DNA from: the human T2T-CHM13v2.0 reference genome, Homo sapiens
Length of the DNA stretch: 64,000 bases
Direction: 5' to 3' (one strand)
Assembly (NCBI RefSeq): GCF_009914755.1
Contig: NC_060929.1
The notes under the pieces were generated by a model. It ran no database searches. It saw only the letters and a program-made list of their open reading frames with translations, and had not been told where the DNA came from. Positions 1 to 12,100 of this stretch are shown piece by piece (the stretch's first letter is position 1; each line of letters begins with the position of its first letter). The position numbers were made by a program, and so were the translations under genes.

Positions 1-5
1 GAGGC

Positions 6-22
6 CTTCGTTGGAAACGGGT
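6..22 (+). promoter_or_regulatory. CENP-B box (first of about 189, spaced ~340 bp; last at 63869-63885)
   Basis: CTTCGTTGGAAACGGGT matches the core NTTCGNNNNANNCGGGN. The ...GGGA form heads D/F/G dimers (e.g. 2385-2401). The count is estimated from the periodicity. Confidence 0.95.
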
Positions 23-418
23 TTTTTTCATGTAAGGCTAGACAGAAGAATTCTCAGTAACTTCCTTGTGTTGTGTGTATTCAACTCACACAGTTGAACG
101 ATCCTTTACACAGAGCAGACTTGTAACACACTTTTTGTGGAATTTGCAAGTGGAGATTTCAGCCGCTTTGAAGTCAAAGGTAGAAAAGGAAATATCTTCC
201 TATAAAAACTAGACAGAATGATTCTCAGAAACTCCTTTGTGATGTGTGCGTTCAACTCACAGAGTTTAACCTTTCTTTTCATAGAGCAGTTAGGAAACAC
301 TCTGCTTGTAAAGTCTGCAAGTGGATATTCAGCCCTCTTTGAGGCCTTCGTTGTAAACGGGTTTTTTTCATATAAGGCTAGACAGAAGAATCCCCAGTAA
401 CTTCCTTGTGTTGTGTGT

Positions 419-439
419 GTTCAACTCACAGAGTTGAAC
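419..439. other. Short perfect inverted repeat GTTCAACTC-ACA-GAGTTGAAC (representative; recurs in most dimers)
   Basis: 9-bp arms with a 3-nt loop in B dimers; 8-bp arms (TTCAACTC/GAGTTGAA) in A/C/D dimers. Confidence 0.9.
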
Positions 440-2040
440 TTTGATTTACACAGAGCAGATTTGAAACACTCTTTTTGTGGAATTTGCAAGTGGAGATTTC
501 AAGCGCTTTGAGGCCAAAGGCAGAAAAGGAAATATCTTCGTATAAAAACTAGACAGAATCATTCTCAGAAACTGCTCTGCGATGTGTGCGTTCAACTCTC
601 AGAGTTTAACTTTGCTTTTCATTCAGCAGTTTGGAAACACTCTGTTTGTAAAGTCTGCACGTGGATAATTTGACCACTTAGAGGCCTTCGTTGGAAACGG
701 GTTTTTTTCATGTAAGGCTAGACAGAAGAATTCTCAGTAACTTCCTTGTGTTGTGTGTATTCAACTCACAGAGTTGAACGATCCTTTACACAGAGCAGAC
801 TTGTAACACTCTTTTTGTGGAATTTGCAAGTGGAGATTTCAGCCGCTTTGAAGTCAAAGGTAGAAAAGGAAATATCTTCCTATAAAAACTAGACAGAATG
901 ATTCTCAGAAACTCCTTTGTGATGTGTGCGTTCAACTCACAGAGTTTAACCTTTCTTTTCATAGAGCAGTTAGGAAACACTCTGCTTGTAAAGTCTGCAA
1001 GTGGATATTCAGCCCTCTTTGAGGCCTTCGTTGGAAACGGGTTTTTTTCATATAAGGCTAGACAGAAGAATTCCCAGTAACTTCCTTGTGTTGTGTGTGT
1101 TCAACTCACAGAGTTGAACTTTCGTTTACACAGAGCAGATTTGAAACACTCTTTTTGTGGAATTTGCAAATGGAGATTTCAAGCGCTTTGAGGCCAAAGG
1201 CAGAAAAGGAAATATCTTCGTATAAAAACTAGACAGAATCATTCTCAGAAACTGCTCTGCGATGTGTGCGTTCAACTCTCAGAGTTTAACTTTGCTTTTC
1301 ATTCAGCAGTTTGGAAACACTCTGTTTGTAAAGTCTGCACGTGGATAATTTGACCACTTAGAGGCCTTCGTTGGAAACGGGTTTTTTTCATGTAAGGCTA
1401 GACAGAAGAATTCTCAGTAACTTCCTTGTGTTGTGTGTATTCAACTCACAGAGTTGAACGATCCTTTACACAGAGGAGACTTGTAACACTCTTTTTGTGG
1501 AATTTGCAAGTGGAGATTTCAGCCGCTTTGAAGTCAAAGGTAGAAAAGGAAATATCTTCCTATAAAAACTAGACAGAATGATTCTCAGAAACTCCTTTGT
1601 GATGTGTGCGTTCAACTCACAGAGTTTAACCTTTCTTTTCATAGAGCAGTTAGGAAACACTCTGCTTGTAAAGTCTGCAAGTGGATATTCAGCCCTCTTT
1701 GAGGCCTTCGTTGGAAACGGGTTTTTTTCATATAAGGCTAGACAGAAGAATTCCCAGTAACTTCCTTGTGTTGTGTGTGTTCTACTCACAGAGTTGAACT
1801 TTGATTTACACAGAGCAGATTTGAAACACTCTTTTTGTGGAATTTGGAAGTGGAGATTTCAAGCGCTTTGAGGCCAAAGGCAGAAAAGGAAATATCTTCG
1901 TATAAAAACTAGACAGAATCATTCTCAGAAACTGCTCTGCGATGTGTGCGTTCAACTCTCAGAGTTTAACTTTTCTTTTCATTCAGCAGTTTGGAAACAC
2001 TCTGTTTGTAAAGTCTGCACGTGGATATTTTGACCACTTA

Positions 2041-3055
2041 GAGGCCTTCGTTGGAAACGGGTTTTTTTCCTGTAAGGCTAGACAGAAGAATTCCCAGTAA
2101 CTTCCTTGTGTTGTGTACATTCAACTCACAGAGTTGAACGTTCCCTTAGACAGAGCAGATTTGAAACACTCTTTTTGTGCAATTGGCAAGTGGAGATTTC
2201 AAGCGCTTTGAGGTCAATGGCAGAAAAGGAAATATCTTCGTTTCAAAACTAGACAGAATCATTCCCACAAACTGCGTTGTGATGTGTTCGTTCATCTCAC
2301 AGAGTTTAACCTTTCTTTTCGTAGAGCAGTTAGGAAACAGTCTGTTTGTAAATTCTGTAAGTGGATATTCTGACATCTTGTGGCCTTCGTTGGAAACGGG
2401 ATTTCTTCATATTCTGCTAGACAGAAGAATTCTCAGAATCTTCCTTGTGTTGTGTGTATTCAACTCACACAGTTGAACGATGGTTTACACAGAGCAGATT
2501 TGAAACACTCTTTTTGTGGAATTTGCAAGTGGAGATTTCAGCCGCTTTGAGGTCAATGGTAGAAAAGGAAATATCTTCGTATAAAAACTAGACAGAATGA
2601 TTCTCAGAAACTTCTTTGTGATGTGTGCGTTCAACTCACAGAGTTTAACCTTTCTTTTCATAGAGCAGTTAGGAAACACTCTGTAAACTCTGCAAGTGGA
2701 TATTTAGACCTCTTTGAGGCCTTCGTTGGAAACGGGATTTCTTCATACTGTGCTAGACAGAAGAATTCTCAGTAACTTCCTTGTGTTGTGTGTATTCAAC
2801 TCACAGAGTTGACCGATCGTTTACACAGAGCAGACTTGAAACACTCCTTTTGTGGAATTTGCAAGTGGAGATTTCAGCCGCTTTGAAGTCAAAGGTAGAA
2901 AAGGGAATATCTTCCTATAAAAACTAGACAGAATGATTCTCAGAAACTCCTTTGTGATGTGTGCGTTCAACTCACAGAGTTTAACCTTTCTTTTCATAGA
3001 GCAGGTAGGAAACACTCTGTTTCTAAAGTCTGCAAGTGGATATTCAGACCTCTTT
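2041..3055 (+). repeat. First C-D-F cassette (type C1) inserted in the 4-mer backbone
   Basis: C (CCTGTAAGG, GTACATTC, GTGCAATTGGC, CATTCCCACAAAC; 339 bp) starts at 2041. D (CATATTCTG, GATGGTTTAC) starts at 2380. F (CATACTGTG, GACCGATC, AGGGAATA, TTCTAAAG) starts at 2716. Confidence 0.9.
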
Positions 3056-6000
3056 GAGGCCTTCGTTGGAAACGGGTTTTTTTCATATAAGGCTAGAGAG
3101 AAGAATTCCCAGTAACTTCCTTGTGTTGTGTGTGTTCAACTCACAGAGTTGAACTTTCATTTACACAGAGCAGATTTGAAACACTCTTTTTGTGGAATTT
3201 GCAAGTGGAGATTTCAAGCGCTGTGAGGCCAAAGGCAGAAAAGGAAATATCTTCGTATAAAAACTAGACAGAATCATTCTCAGAAACTGCTCTGCGATGT
3301 GTGCGTTCAACTCTCAGAGTTTAACTTTTCTTTTCATTCAGCAGTTTGGAAACACTCTGTTTGTAAAGTCTGCACGTGGATAATTTGACCACTTAGAGGC
3401 CTTCGTTGGAAACGGGTTTTTTTCATGTAAGGCTAGACAGAAGAATTCTCAGTAACTTCCTTGTGTTGTGTGTATTCAACTCACACAGTTGAACGATCCT
3501 TTACACAGAGCAGACTTGTAACACTCTTTTTGTGGAATTTGCAAGTGGAGATTTCAGCCGCTTTGAAGTCAAAGGTAGAAAAGGAAATATCTTCCTATAA
3601 GAACTAGACAGAAAGATTCTCAGAAACTCCTTTGTGATGTGTGCGTTCAACTCACAGAGTTTAACCTTTCTTTTCATAGAGCAGTTAGGAAACACTCTGT
3701 TTGTAAAGTCTGCAAGTGGATATTCAGACCTCTTTGAGGCCTTCGTTGGAAACGGGTTTTTTTCATATAAGGCTAGACAGAAGAATTCCCAGTAACTTCC
3801 TTGTGTTGTGTGTGTTCAACTCACAGAGTTGAACTTTCATTTACACAGAGCAGATTTGAAACACTCTTTTTGTGGAATTTGCAAGTGGAGATTTCAAGCG
3901 CTTTGAGGCCAAAGGCAGAAAAGGAAATATCTTCGTATAAAAACTAGACAGAATCATTCTCAGAAACTGCTCTGTGATGTGTGCGTTCAACTCTCAGAGT
4001 TTAACTTTTCTTTTCATTCAGCAGTTTGGAAACACTCTGTTTGTAAAGTCTGCACGTGGATAATTTGACCACTTAGAGGCATTCGTTGGAAACGGGTTTT
4101 TTTCATGTAAGGCTAGACAGAAGAGTTCTCAGTAACTTCCTTGTGTTGTGTGTATTCAACTCACACAGTTGAACGATCCTTTACAGAGAGCAGACTTGTA
4201 ACACTCTTTTTGTGGAATTTGCAAGTGGAGATTTCAGCCGCTTTGAAGTCAAAGTAGAAAAGGAAATATCTTCCTATAAAAACTAGACAGAATGATTCTC
4301 AGAAACTCCTTTGTGATGTGTGCGTTCAACTCACAGAGTTTAACCTTTCTTTTCATAGAGCAGTTAGGAAACACTCTGTTTGTAAAGTCTGCAAGTGGAT
4401 ATTCAGACCTCTTTGAGGCCTTCGTTGGAAACGGGTTTTTTTCATATAAGGCTAGACAGAAGAATTCCCAGTAACTTCCTTGTGTTGTGTGTGTTCAACT
4501 CACAGAGTTGAACTTTCATTTACACAGAGCAGATTTGAAACACTCTTTTTGTGGAATTTGCAGGTGGAGATTTCAAGCGCTTTGAGGCCAAAGGCAGAAA
4601 AGGAAATATCTTCGTATAAAAACTAGACAGAATCATTCTCAGAAACTGCTCTGCGATGTGTGCGTTCAACTCTCAGAGTTTAACTTTTCTTTTCATTCAG
4701 CAGTTTGGAAACACTCTGATTGTAAAGTCTGCACGTGGATAACTTGACCACTTAGAGGCCTTCGTTGGAAACGGGTTTTTTTCATGTAAGGCTAGACAGA
4801 AGAATTCTCAGTAACTTCCTTGTGTTGTGTGTATTCAACTCACAGAGTTGAACGATCCTTTACACAGAGCAGACTTGTAACACTCTTTTTGTGGAATTTG
4901 CAAGTGGAGATTTCAGCCGCTTTGAAGTCAAAGGTAGAAAAGGAAATATCTTCCTATAAAAACTAGACAGAATGATTCTCAGAAACTCCTTTGTGATGTG
5001 TGCGTTCAACTCACAGAGTTTAACCTTTCTTTTCATAGAGCAGTTAGGAAACACTCTGCTTGTAAAGTCTGCAACTGGATATTCAGCCCTCTTTGAGGCC
5101 TTCGTTGGAAACGGGTTTTTTTCATATAAGGCTAGACAGAAGAATTCCCAGTAACTTCCTTGTGTTGTGTGTGTTCAACTCACAGAGTTGAACTTTCGTT
5201 TACACAGAGCAGATTTGAAACACTCTTTTTGTGGAATTTGCAAATGGAGATTTCAAGCGCTTTGAGGCCAAAGGCAGAAAAGGAAATATCTTCGTATAAA
5301 AACTAGACAGAATCATTCTCAGAAACTGCTCTGCGATGTGTGCGTTCAACTCTCAGAGTTTAACTTTGCTTTTCATTCAGCAGTTTGGAAACACTCTGTT
5401 TGTAAAGTCTGCACGTGGATAATTTGACCACTTAGAGGCCTTCGTTGGAAACGGGTTTTTTTCATGTAAGGCTAGACAGAAGAATTCTCAGTAACTTCCT
5501 TGTGTTGTGTGTATTCAACTCACAGAGTTGAACGATCCTTTACACAGAGGAGACTTGTAACACTCTTTTTGTGGAATTTGCAAGTGGAGATTTCAGCCGC
5601 TTTGAAGTCAAAGGTAGAAAAGGAAATATCTTCCTATAAAAACTAGACAGAATGATTCTCAGAAACTCCTTTGTGATGTGTACGTTCAACTCACAGAGTT
5701 TAACCTTTCTTTTCATAGAGCAGTTAGGAAACACTCTGTTTGTAAAGTCTGCAAGTGGATATTCAGACCTCTTTGAGGCCTTCGTTGGAAACGGGTTTTT
5801 TTCATATAAGGCTAGACAGAAGGATTCCCAGTAACTTCCTTGTGTTGTGTGTGTTCAACTCACAGAGTTGAACTTTCATTTACAAAGAGCAGATTTGAAA
5901 CACTCTTTTTGTGGAATTTGCAAGTGGAGATTTCAAGCGCTTTGAGGCCAAAGGCAGAAAAGGAAATATCTTCGTATAAAAACTAGACAGAATCATTCTC

Positions 6001-7818
6001 AGAAACTGCTCTGTGATGTGTGCATTCAACTCTCAGAGTTTAACTTTTCTTTTCATTCAGCAGTTTGGAAACACTCTGTTTGTAAAGTCTGCACGTGGAT
6101 AATTTGACCACTTAGAGGCCTTCGTTGGAAACGGGTTTTTTTCATGTAAGGCTAGACAGAAGAATTCTCAGTAACTTCCTTGTGTTGTGTGTATTCAACT
6201 CACACAGTTGAACGATCCTTTACACAGAGCAGACTTGTAACACACTTTTTGTGGAATTTGCAAGTGGAGATTTCAGCCGCTTTGAAGTCAAAGGTAGAAA
6301 AGGAAATATCTTCCTATAAAAACTAGACAGAATGATTCTCAGAAACTCCTTTGTGATGTGTGCGTTCAACTCACAGAGTTTAACCTTTCTTTTCATAGAG
6401 CAGTTAGGAAACACTCTGCTTGTAAAGTCTGCAAGTGGATATTCAGCCCTCTTTGAGGCCTTCGTTGTAAACGGGTTTTTTTCATATAAGGCTAGACAGA
6501 AGAATCCCCAGTAACTTCCTTGTGTTGTGTGTGTTCAACTCACAGAGTTGAACTTTGATTTACACAGAGCAGATTTGAAACACTCTTTTTGTGGAATTTG
6601 CAAGTGGAGATTTCAAGCGCTTTGAGGCCAAAGGCAGAAAAGGAAATATCTTCGTATAAAAACTAGACAGAATCATTCTCAGAAACTGCTCTGCGATGTG
6701 TGCGTTCAACTCTCAGAGTTTAACTTTTCTTTTCATTCAGCAGTTTGGAAACACTCTGTTTGTAAAGTCTGCACGTGGATATTTTGACCACTTAGAGGCC
6801 TTCGTTGGAAACGGGTTTTTTTCCTGTAAGGCTACACAGAAGAATTCCCAGTAACTTCCTTGTGTTGTGTACATTCAACTCACAGAGTTGAACGATCCCT
6901 TAGACAGAGCAGATTTGAAACACTCTTTTTGTGCAATTGGCAAGTGGAGACTTCAAGCGCTTTAAGGTCAATGGCAGAAAAGGAAATATCTTCGTTTCAA
7001 AACTAGACAGAATCATTCCCACAAACTGCGTTGTGATGTGTTCGTTCATCTCACAGAGTTTAACCTTTCTTTTCATAGAGCAGTTAGGAAACAGTCTGTT
7101 TGTAAATTCTGTAAGTGGATATTCTGACATCTTGTGGCCTTCGTTGGAAACGGGATTTCTTCATATTCTGCTAGACAGAAGAATTCTCAGAATCTTCCTT
7201 GTGTTGTGTGTATTCAACTCACAGAGTTGAACGATGGTGTACACAGAGCAGATTTGAAACACTCTTTTTGTGGAATTTGCAAGTGGAGATTTCAGCCGCT
7301 TTGAGGTCAATGGTAGAAAAGGAAATATCTTCGTATAAAAACTAGACAGAATGATTCTCAGAAACTTCTTTGTGATGTGTGCGTTCAACTCACAGAGTTT
7401 AACCTTTCTTTTCATAGAGCAGTTAGGAAACACTCTGTTTGTAAACTCTGCAAGTGGATATTCAGACCTCTTTGAGGCCTTCGTTGGAAACGGGATTTCT
7501 TCATACTGTGCTAGACAGAAGAATTCTCAGTAACTTCCTTGTGTTGTGTGTATTCAACTCACAGAGTTGACCGATCCTTTACACAGAGCAGACTTGTAAC
7601 ACTCTTTTTGTGGAATTTGCAAGTGGAGATTTCAGCCGCTTTGAAGTCAAAGGTAGAAAAGGGAATATCTTCCTATAAAAACTAGACAGAATGATTCTCA
7701 GAAACTCCTTTGTGATGTGTGCGTTCAACTCACAGAGTTTAACCTTTCTTTTCATAGAGCAGTTAGGAAACACTCTGTTTCTAAAGTCTGCAAGTGGATA
7801 TTCAGACCTCTTTGAGGC

Positions 7819-7835
7819 CTTCGTTGGAAACGGTT
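7819..7835 (+). promoter_or_regulatory. Core-disrupted CENP-B box (CGGG>CGGT)
   Basis: CTTCGTTGGAAACGGTT; G>T at 7834. Confidence 0.85.
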
Positions 7836-9177
7836 TTTTTTCATATAAGGCTAGAGAGAAGAATTCCCAGTAACTTCCTTGTGTTGTGTGTGTTCAACTC
7901 ACAGAGTTGAACTTTCATTTACACAGAGCAGATTTGAAACACTCTTTTTGTGGAATTTGCAAGTGGAGATTTCAAGCGCTGTGAGGCCAAAGGCAGAAAA
8001 GGAAATATCTTCGTATAAAAACTAGACAGAATCATTCTCAGAAACTGCTCTGCGATGTGTGCGTTCAACTCTCAGAGTTTAACTTTTCTTTTCATTCCGC
8101 AGTTTGGAAACACTCTGTTTGTAAAGTCTGCACGTGGATAATTTGACCACTTAGAGGCCTTCGTTGGAAACGGGTTTTTTTCATGTAAGGCTAGACAGAA
8201 GAATTCTCAGTAACTTCCTTGTGTTGTGTGTATTCAACTCACACAGTTGAACGATCCTTTACACAGAGCAGACTTGTAACACTCTTTTTGTGGAATTTGC
8301 AAGTGGAGATTTCAGCCGCTTTGAAGTCAAAGGTAGAAAAGGAAATATCTTCCTATAAAAACTAGACAGAAAGATTCTCAGAAACTCCTTTGTGATGTGT
8401 GCGTTCAACTCACAGAGTTTAACCTTTCTTTTCATAGAGCAGTTAGGAAACACTCTGTTTGTAAAGTCTGCAAGTGGATATTCAGACCTCTTTGAGGCCT
8501 TCGTTGGAAACGGGTTTTTTTCATATAAGGCTAGACAGAAGAATTCCCAGTAACTTCCTTGTGTTGTGTGTGTTCAACTCACAGAGTTGAACTTTGATTT
8601 ACACAGAGCAGATTTGAAACACTCTTTTTGTGGAATTTGCAAGTGGAGATTTCAAGCGCTTTGAGGCCAAAGGCAGAAAAGGAAATATCTTCGTATAAAA
8701 ACTAGACAGAATCATTCTCAGAACCTGCTCTGTGATGTGTGCGTTCAACTCTCAGAGTTTAACTTTTCTTTTCATTCAGCAGTTTGGCAACACTCTGTTT
8801 GTAAAGTCTGCACGTGGATAATTTGACCACTTAGAGGCCTTCGTTGGAAACGGGTTTTTTTCATGTAAGGCTAGACAGAAGAGTTCTCAGTAACTTCCTT
8901 GTGTTGTGTGTATTCAACTCACACAGTTGAACGATCCTTTACAGAGAGCAGACTTGTAACACTCTTTTTGTGGAATTTGCAAGTGGAGATTTCAGCCGCT
9001 TTGAAGTCAAAGTAGAAAAGGAAATATCTTCCTATAAAAACTAGACAGAATGATTCTCAGAAACTCCTTTGTGATGTGTGCGTTCAACTCACAGAGTTTA
9101 ACCTTTCTTTTCATAGAGCAGTTAGGAAACACTCTGTTTGTAAAGTCTGCAAGTGGATATTCAGACCTCTTTGAGGC

Positions 9178-9194
9178 CTTCGTTGGAAACTGGT
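9178..9194 (+). promoter_or_regulatory. Core-disrupted CENP-B box (CGGG>CTGG)
   Basis: CTTCGTTGGAAACTGGT; G>T at 9191 (visible as GNWFF in ORF 9050). Confidence 0.85.
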
Positions 9195-12100
9195 TTTTTT
9201 CATATAAGGCTAGACAGAAGAATTCCCAGTAACTTCCTTGTGTTGTGTGTGTTCAACTCACAGAGTTGAACTTTCATTTACACAGAGCAGATTTGAAACA
9301 CTCTTTTTGTGGAATTTGCAAGTGGAGATTTCAAGCGCTTTGAGGCCAAAGGCAGAAAAGGAAATATCTTCGTATAAAAACTAGACAGAATCATTCTCAG
9401 AAACTGCTCTGCGATGTGTGCATTCAACTCTCAGAGTTTAACTTTTCTTTTCATTCAGCAGTTTGGAAACACTCTGTTTGTAAAGTCTGCACGTGGATAA
9501 TTTGACCACTTAGAGGCCTTCGTTGGAAACGGGTTTTTTTCATGTAAGGCTAGACAGAAGAATTCTCAGTAACTTCCTTGTGTTGTGTGTATTCAACTCA
9601 CAGAGTTGAACGATCCTTTACACAGAGCAGACTTGTAACACTCTTTTTGTGGAATTTGCAAGTGGAGATTTCAGCCGCTTTGAAGTCAAAGGTAGAAAAG
9701 GAAATATCTTCCTATAAAAACTAGACAGAATGATTCTCAGAAACTCCTTTGTGATGTGTGCGTTCAACTCACAGAGTTTAACCTTTCTTTTCATAGAGCA
9801 GTTAGGAAACACTCTGCTTGTAAAGTCTGCAAGTGGATATTCAGCCCTCTTTGAGGCCTTCGTTGGAAACGGGTTTTTTTCATATAAGGCTAGACAGAAG
9901 AATCCCCAGTAACTTCCTTGTGTTGTGTGTGTTCAACTCACAGAGTTGAACTTTGATTTACACAGAGCAGATTTGAAACACTCTTTTTGTGGAATTTGCA
10001 AGTGGAGATTTCAAGCGCTTTGAGGCCAAAGGCAGAAAAGGAAATATCTTCGTATAAAAACTAGACAGAATCATTCTCAGAAACTGCTCTGCGATGTGTG
10101 CGTTCAACTCTCAGAGTTTAACTTTTCTTTTCATTCAGCAGTTTGGAAACACTCTGTTTGTAAAGTCTGCACGTGGATATTTTGACCACTTAGAGGCCTT
10201 CGTTGGAAACGGGTTTTTTTCCTGTAAGGCTAGACAGAAGAATTCCCAGTAACTTCCTTGTGTTGTGTACATTCAACTCACAGAGTTGAACGATCCCTTA
10301 GACAGAGCAGATTTGAAACACTCTTTTTGTGCAATTGGCAAGTGGAGACTTCAAGCGCTATAAGGTCAATGGCAGAAAAGGAAATATCTTCGTTTCAAAA
10401 CTAGACAGAATCATTCCCACAAACTGCGTTGTGATGTGTTCGTTCATCTCACAGAGTTTAACCTTTCTTTTCATAGAGCAGTTAGGAAACAGTCTGTTTG
10501 TAAATTCTGTAAGTGGATATTCTGACATCTTGTGGCCTTCGTTGGAAACGGGATTTCTTCATATTCTGCTAGACAGAAGAATTCTCAGAATCTTCCTTGT
10601 GTTGTGTGTATTCAACTCACAGAGTTGAACGATGGTTTACACAGAGCAGATTTGAAACACTCTTTTTGTGGAATTTGCAAGTGGAGATTTCAGCCGCTTT
10701 GAGGTCAATGGTAGAAAAGGAAATATCTTCGTATAAAAACTAGACAGAATGCTTCTCAGAAACTTCTTTGTGATGTGTGCGTTCAACTCACAGAGTTTAA
10801 CCTTTCTTTTCATAGAGCAGTTAGGAAACACTCTGTTTGTAAACTCTGCAAGTGGATATTCAGACCTCTTTGAGGCCTTCGTTGGAAACGGGATTTCTTC
10901 ATACTGTGCTAGACAGAAGAATTCTCAGTAACTTCCTTGTGTTGTGTGTATTCAACTCACAGAGTTGACCGATCCTTTACACAGAGCAGACTTGTAACAC
11001 TCTTTTTGTGGAATTTGCAAGTGGAGATTTCAGCCGCTTTGAAGTCAAAGGTAGAAAAGGGAATATCTTCCTATAAAAACTAGACAGAATGATTCTCAGA
11101 AACTCCTTTGTGATGTGTGCGTTCAACTCACAGAGTTTAACCTTTCTGTTCATAGAGCAGTTAGGAAACACTCTGTTTGTAAAGTCTGCAAGTGGATATT
11201 CAGACCTCTTTGAGGCCTTCGTTGGAAACGGGTTTTTTTCATATAAGGCTAGACAGAAGAATTCCCAGTAACTTCCTTGTGTTGTGTGTGTTCAACTCAC
11301 AGAGTTGAACTTTCATTTACACAGAGCAGATTTGAAACACTCTTTTTGTGGAATTTGCAAGTGGAGATTTCAAGCGCTTTGAGGCCAAAGGCAGAAAAGG
11401 AAATATCTTCGTATAAAAACTAGACAGAATCATTCTCAGAAACAGCTCTGTGATGTGTGCGATCAACCCTCAGAGTTTAACTTTTCTTTTCATTCAGCAG
11501 TTTGGAAACACTCTGTTTGTAAAGTCTGCACGTGGATAATTTTACCACTTAGAGGCCTTCGTTGGAAACGGGTTTTTTTCATGTAAGGCTAGACAGAAGA
11601 GTTCTCAGTAACTTCCTTGTGTTGTGTGTATTCAACTCACAGAGTTGAACGATCCTTTACAGAGAGCAGACTTGTAACACTCTTTTTGTGGAATTTGCAA
11701 GTGGAGATTTCAGCCGCTTTGAAGTCAAAGTAGAAAAGGAAATATCTTCCTATAAAAACTAGACAGAATGATTCTCAGAAACTCCTTTGTGATGTGTGCG
11801 TTCAACTCACAGAGTTTAACCTTTCTTTTCATAAAGCAGTTAGGAAACACTCTGTTTGTAAAGTCTGCAAGTGGATATTCAGACCTCTTTGAGGCCTTCG
11901 TTGGAAACGGGTTTTTTTCATATAAGGCTAGACAGAAGAATTCCCAGTAACTTCCTTGTGTTGTGTGTGTTCAACTCACAGAGTTGAACTTTCATTTACA
12001 CAGAGCAGATTTGAAACACTCTTTTTGTGGAATTTGCAGGTGGAGATTTCAAGCGCTTTGAGGCCAAAGGCAGAAAAGGAAATATCTTCGTATAAAAACT

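Larger units (their letters stand above)
1..2040 (+). repeat. Run of 680-bp 4-mer backbone units (dimer A + dimer B) x3
   Basis: Dimer A (CATGTAAGG, GATCCTTTAC, GACTTGTAAC, GAAGTCAAAGG) starts at 1, 681 and 1361. Dimer B (CATATAAGG, GAGGCCAAAGGCAG, AACTGCTCTGCG) starts at 341, 1021 and 1701. The ORF track repeats at exactly 680 bp (106, 786, 1466). Confidence 0.93.

Noticed and set aside
8-30. Intrinsic terminator-like CGTT-GG-AAACG followed by a T-run
   Set aside because: The stem is weak and imperfect, this is eukaryotic satellite with no upstream gene, and it is simply the box plus the adjacent T7 tract.
199-210. TATA-like CTATAAAA/GTATAAAA and E-box CACGTG motifs as promoters
   Set aside because: These are short motifs inherent to the monomer consensus. 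Sequence alone gives no evidence of promoter function.
346-362. CENP-B box variants TTCGTTGTAAACGGG (346, 6460) and ATTCG... (4081) as inactivated boxes
   Set aside because: The changes fall at non-core N positions; the nine core bases are intact.
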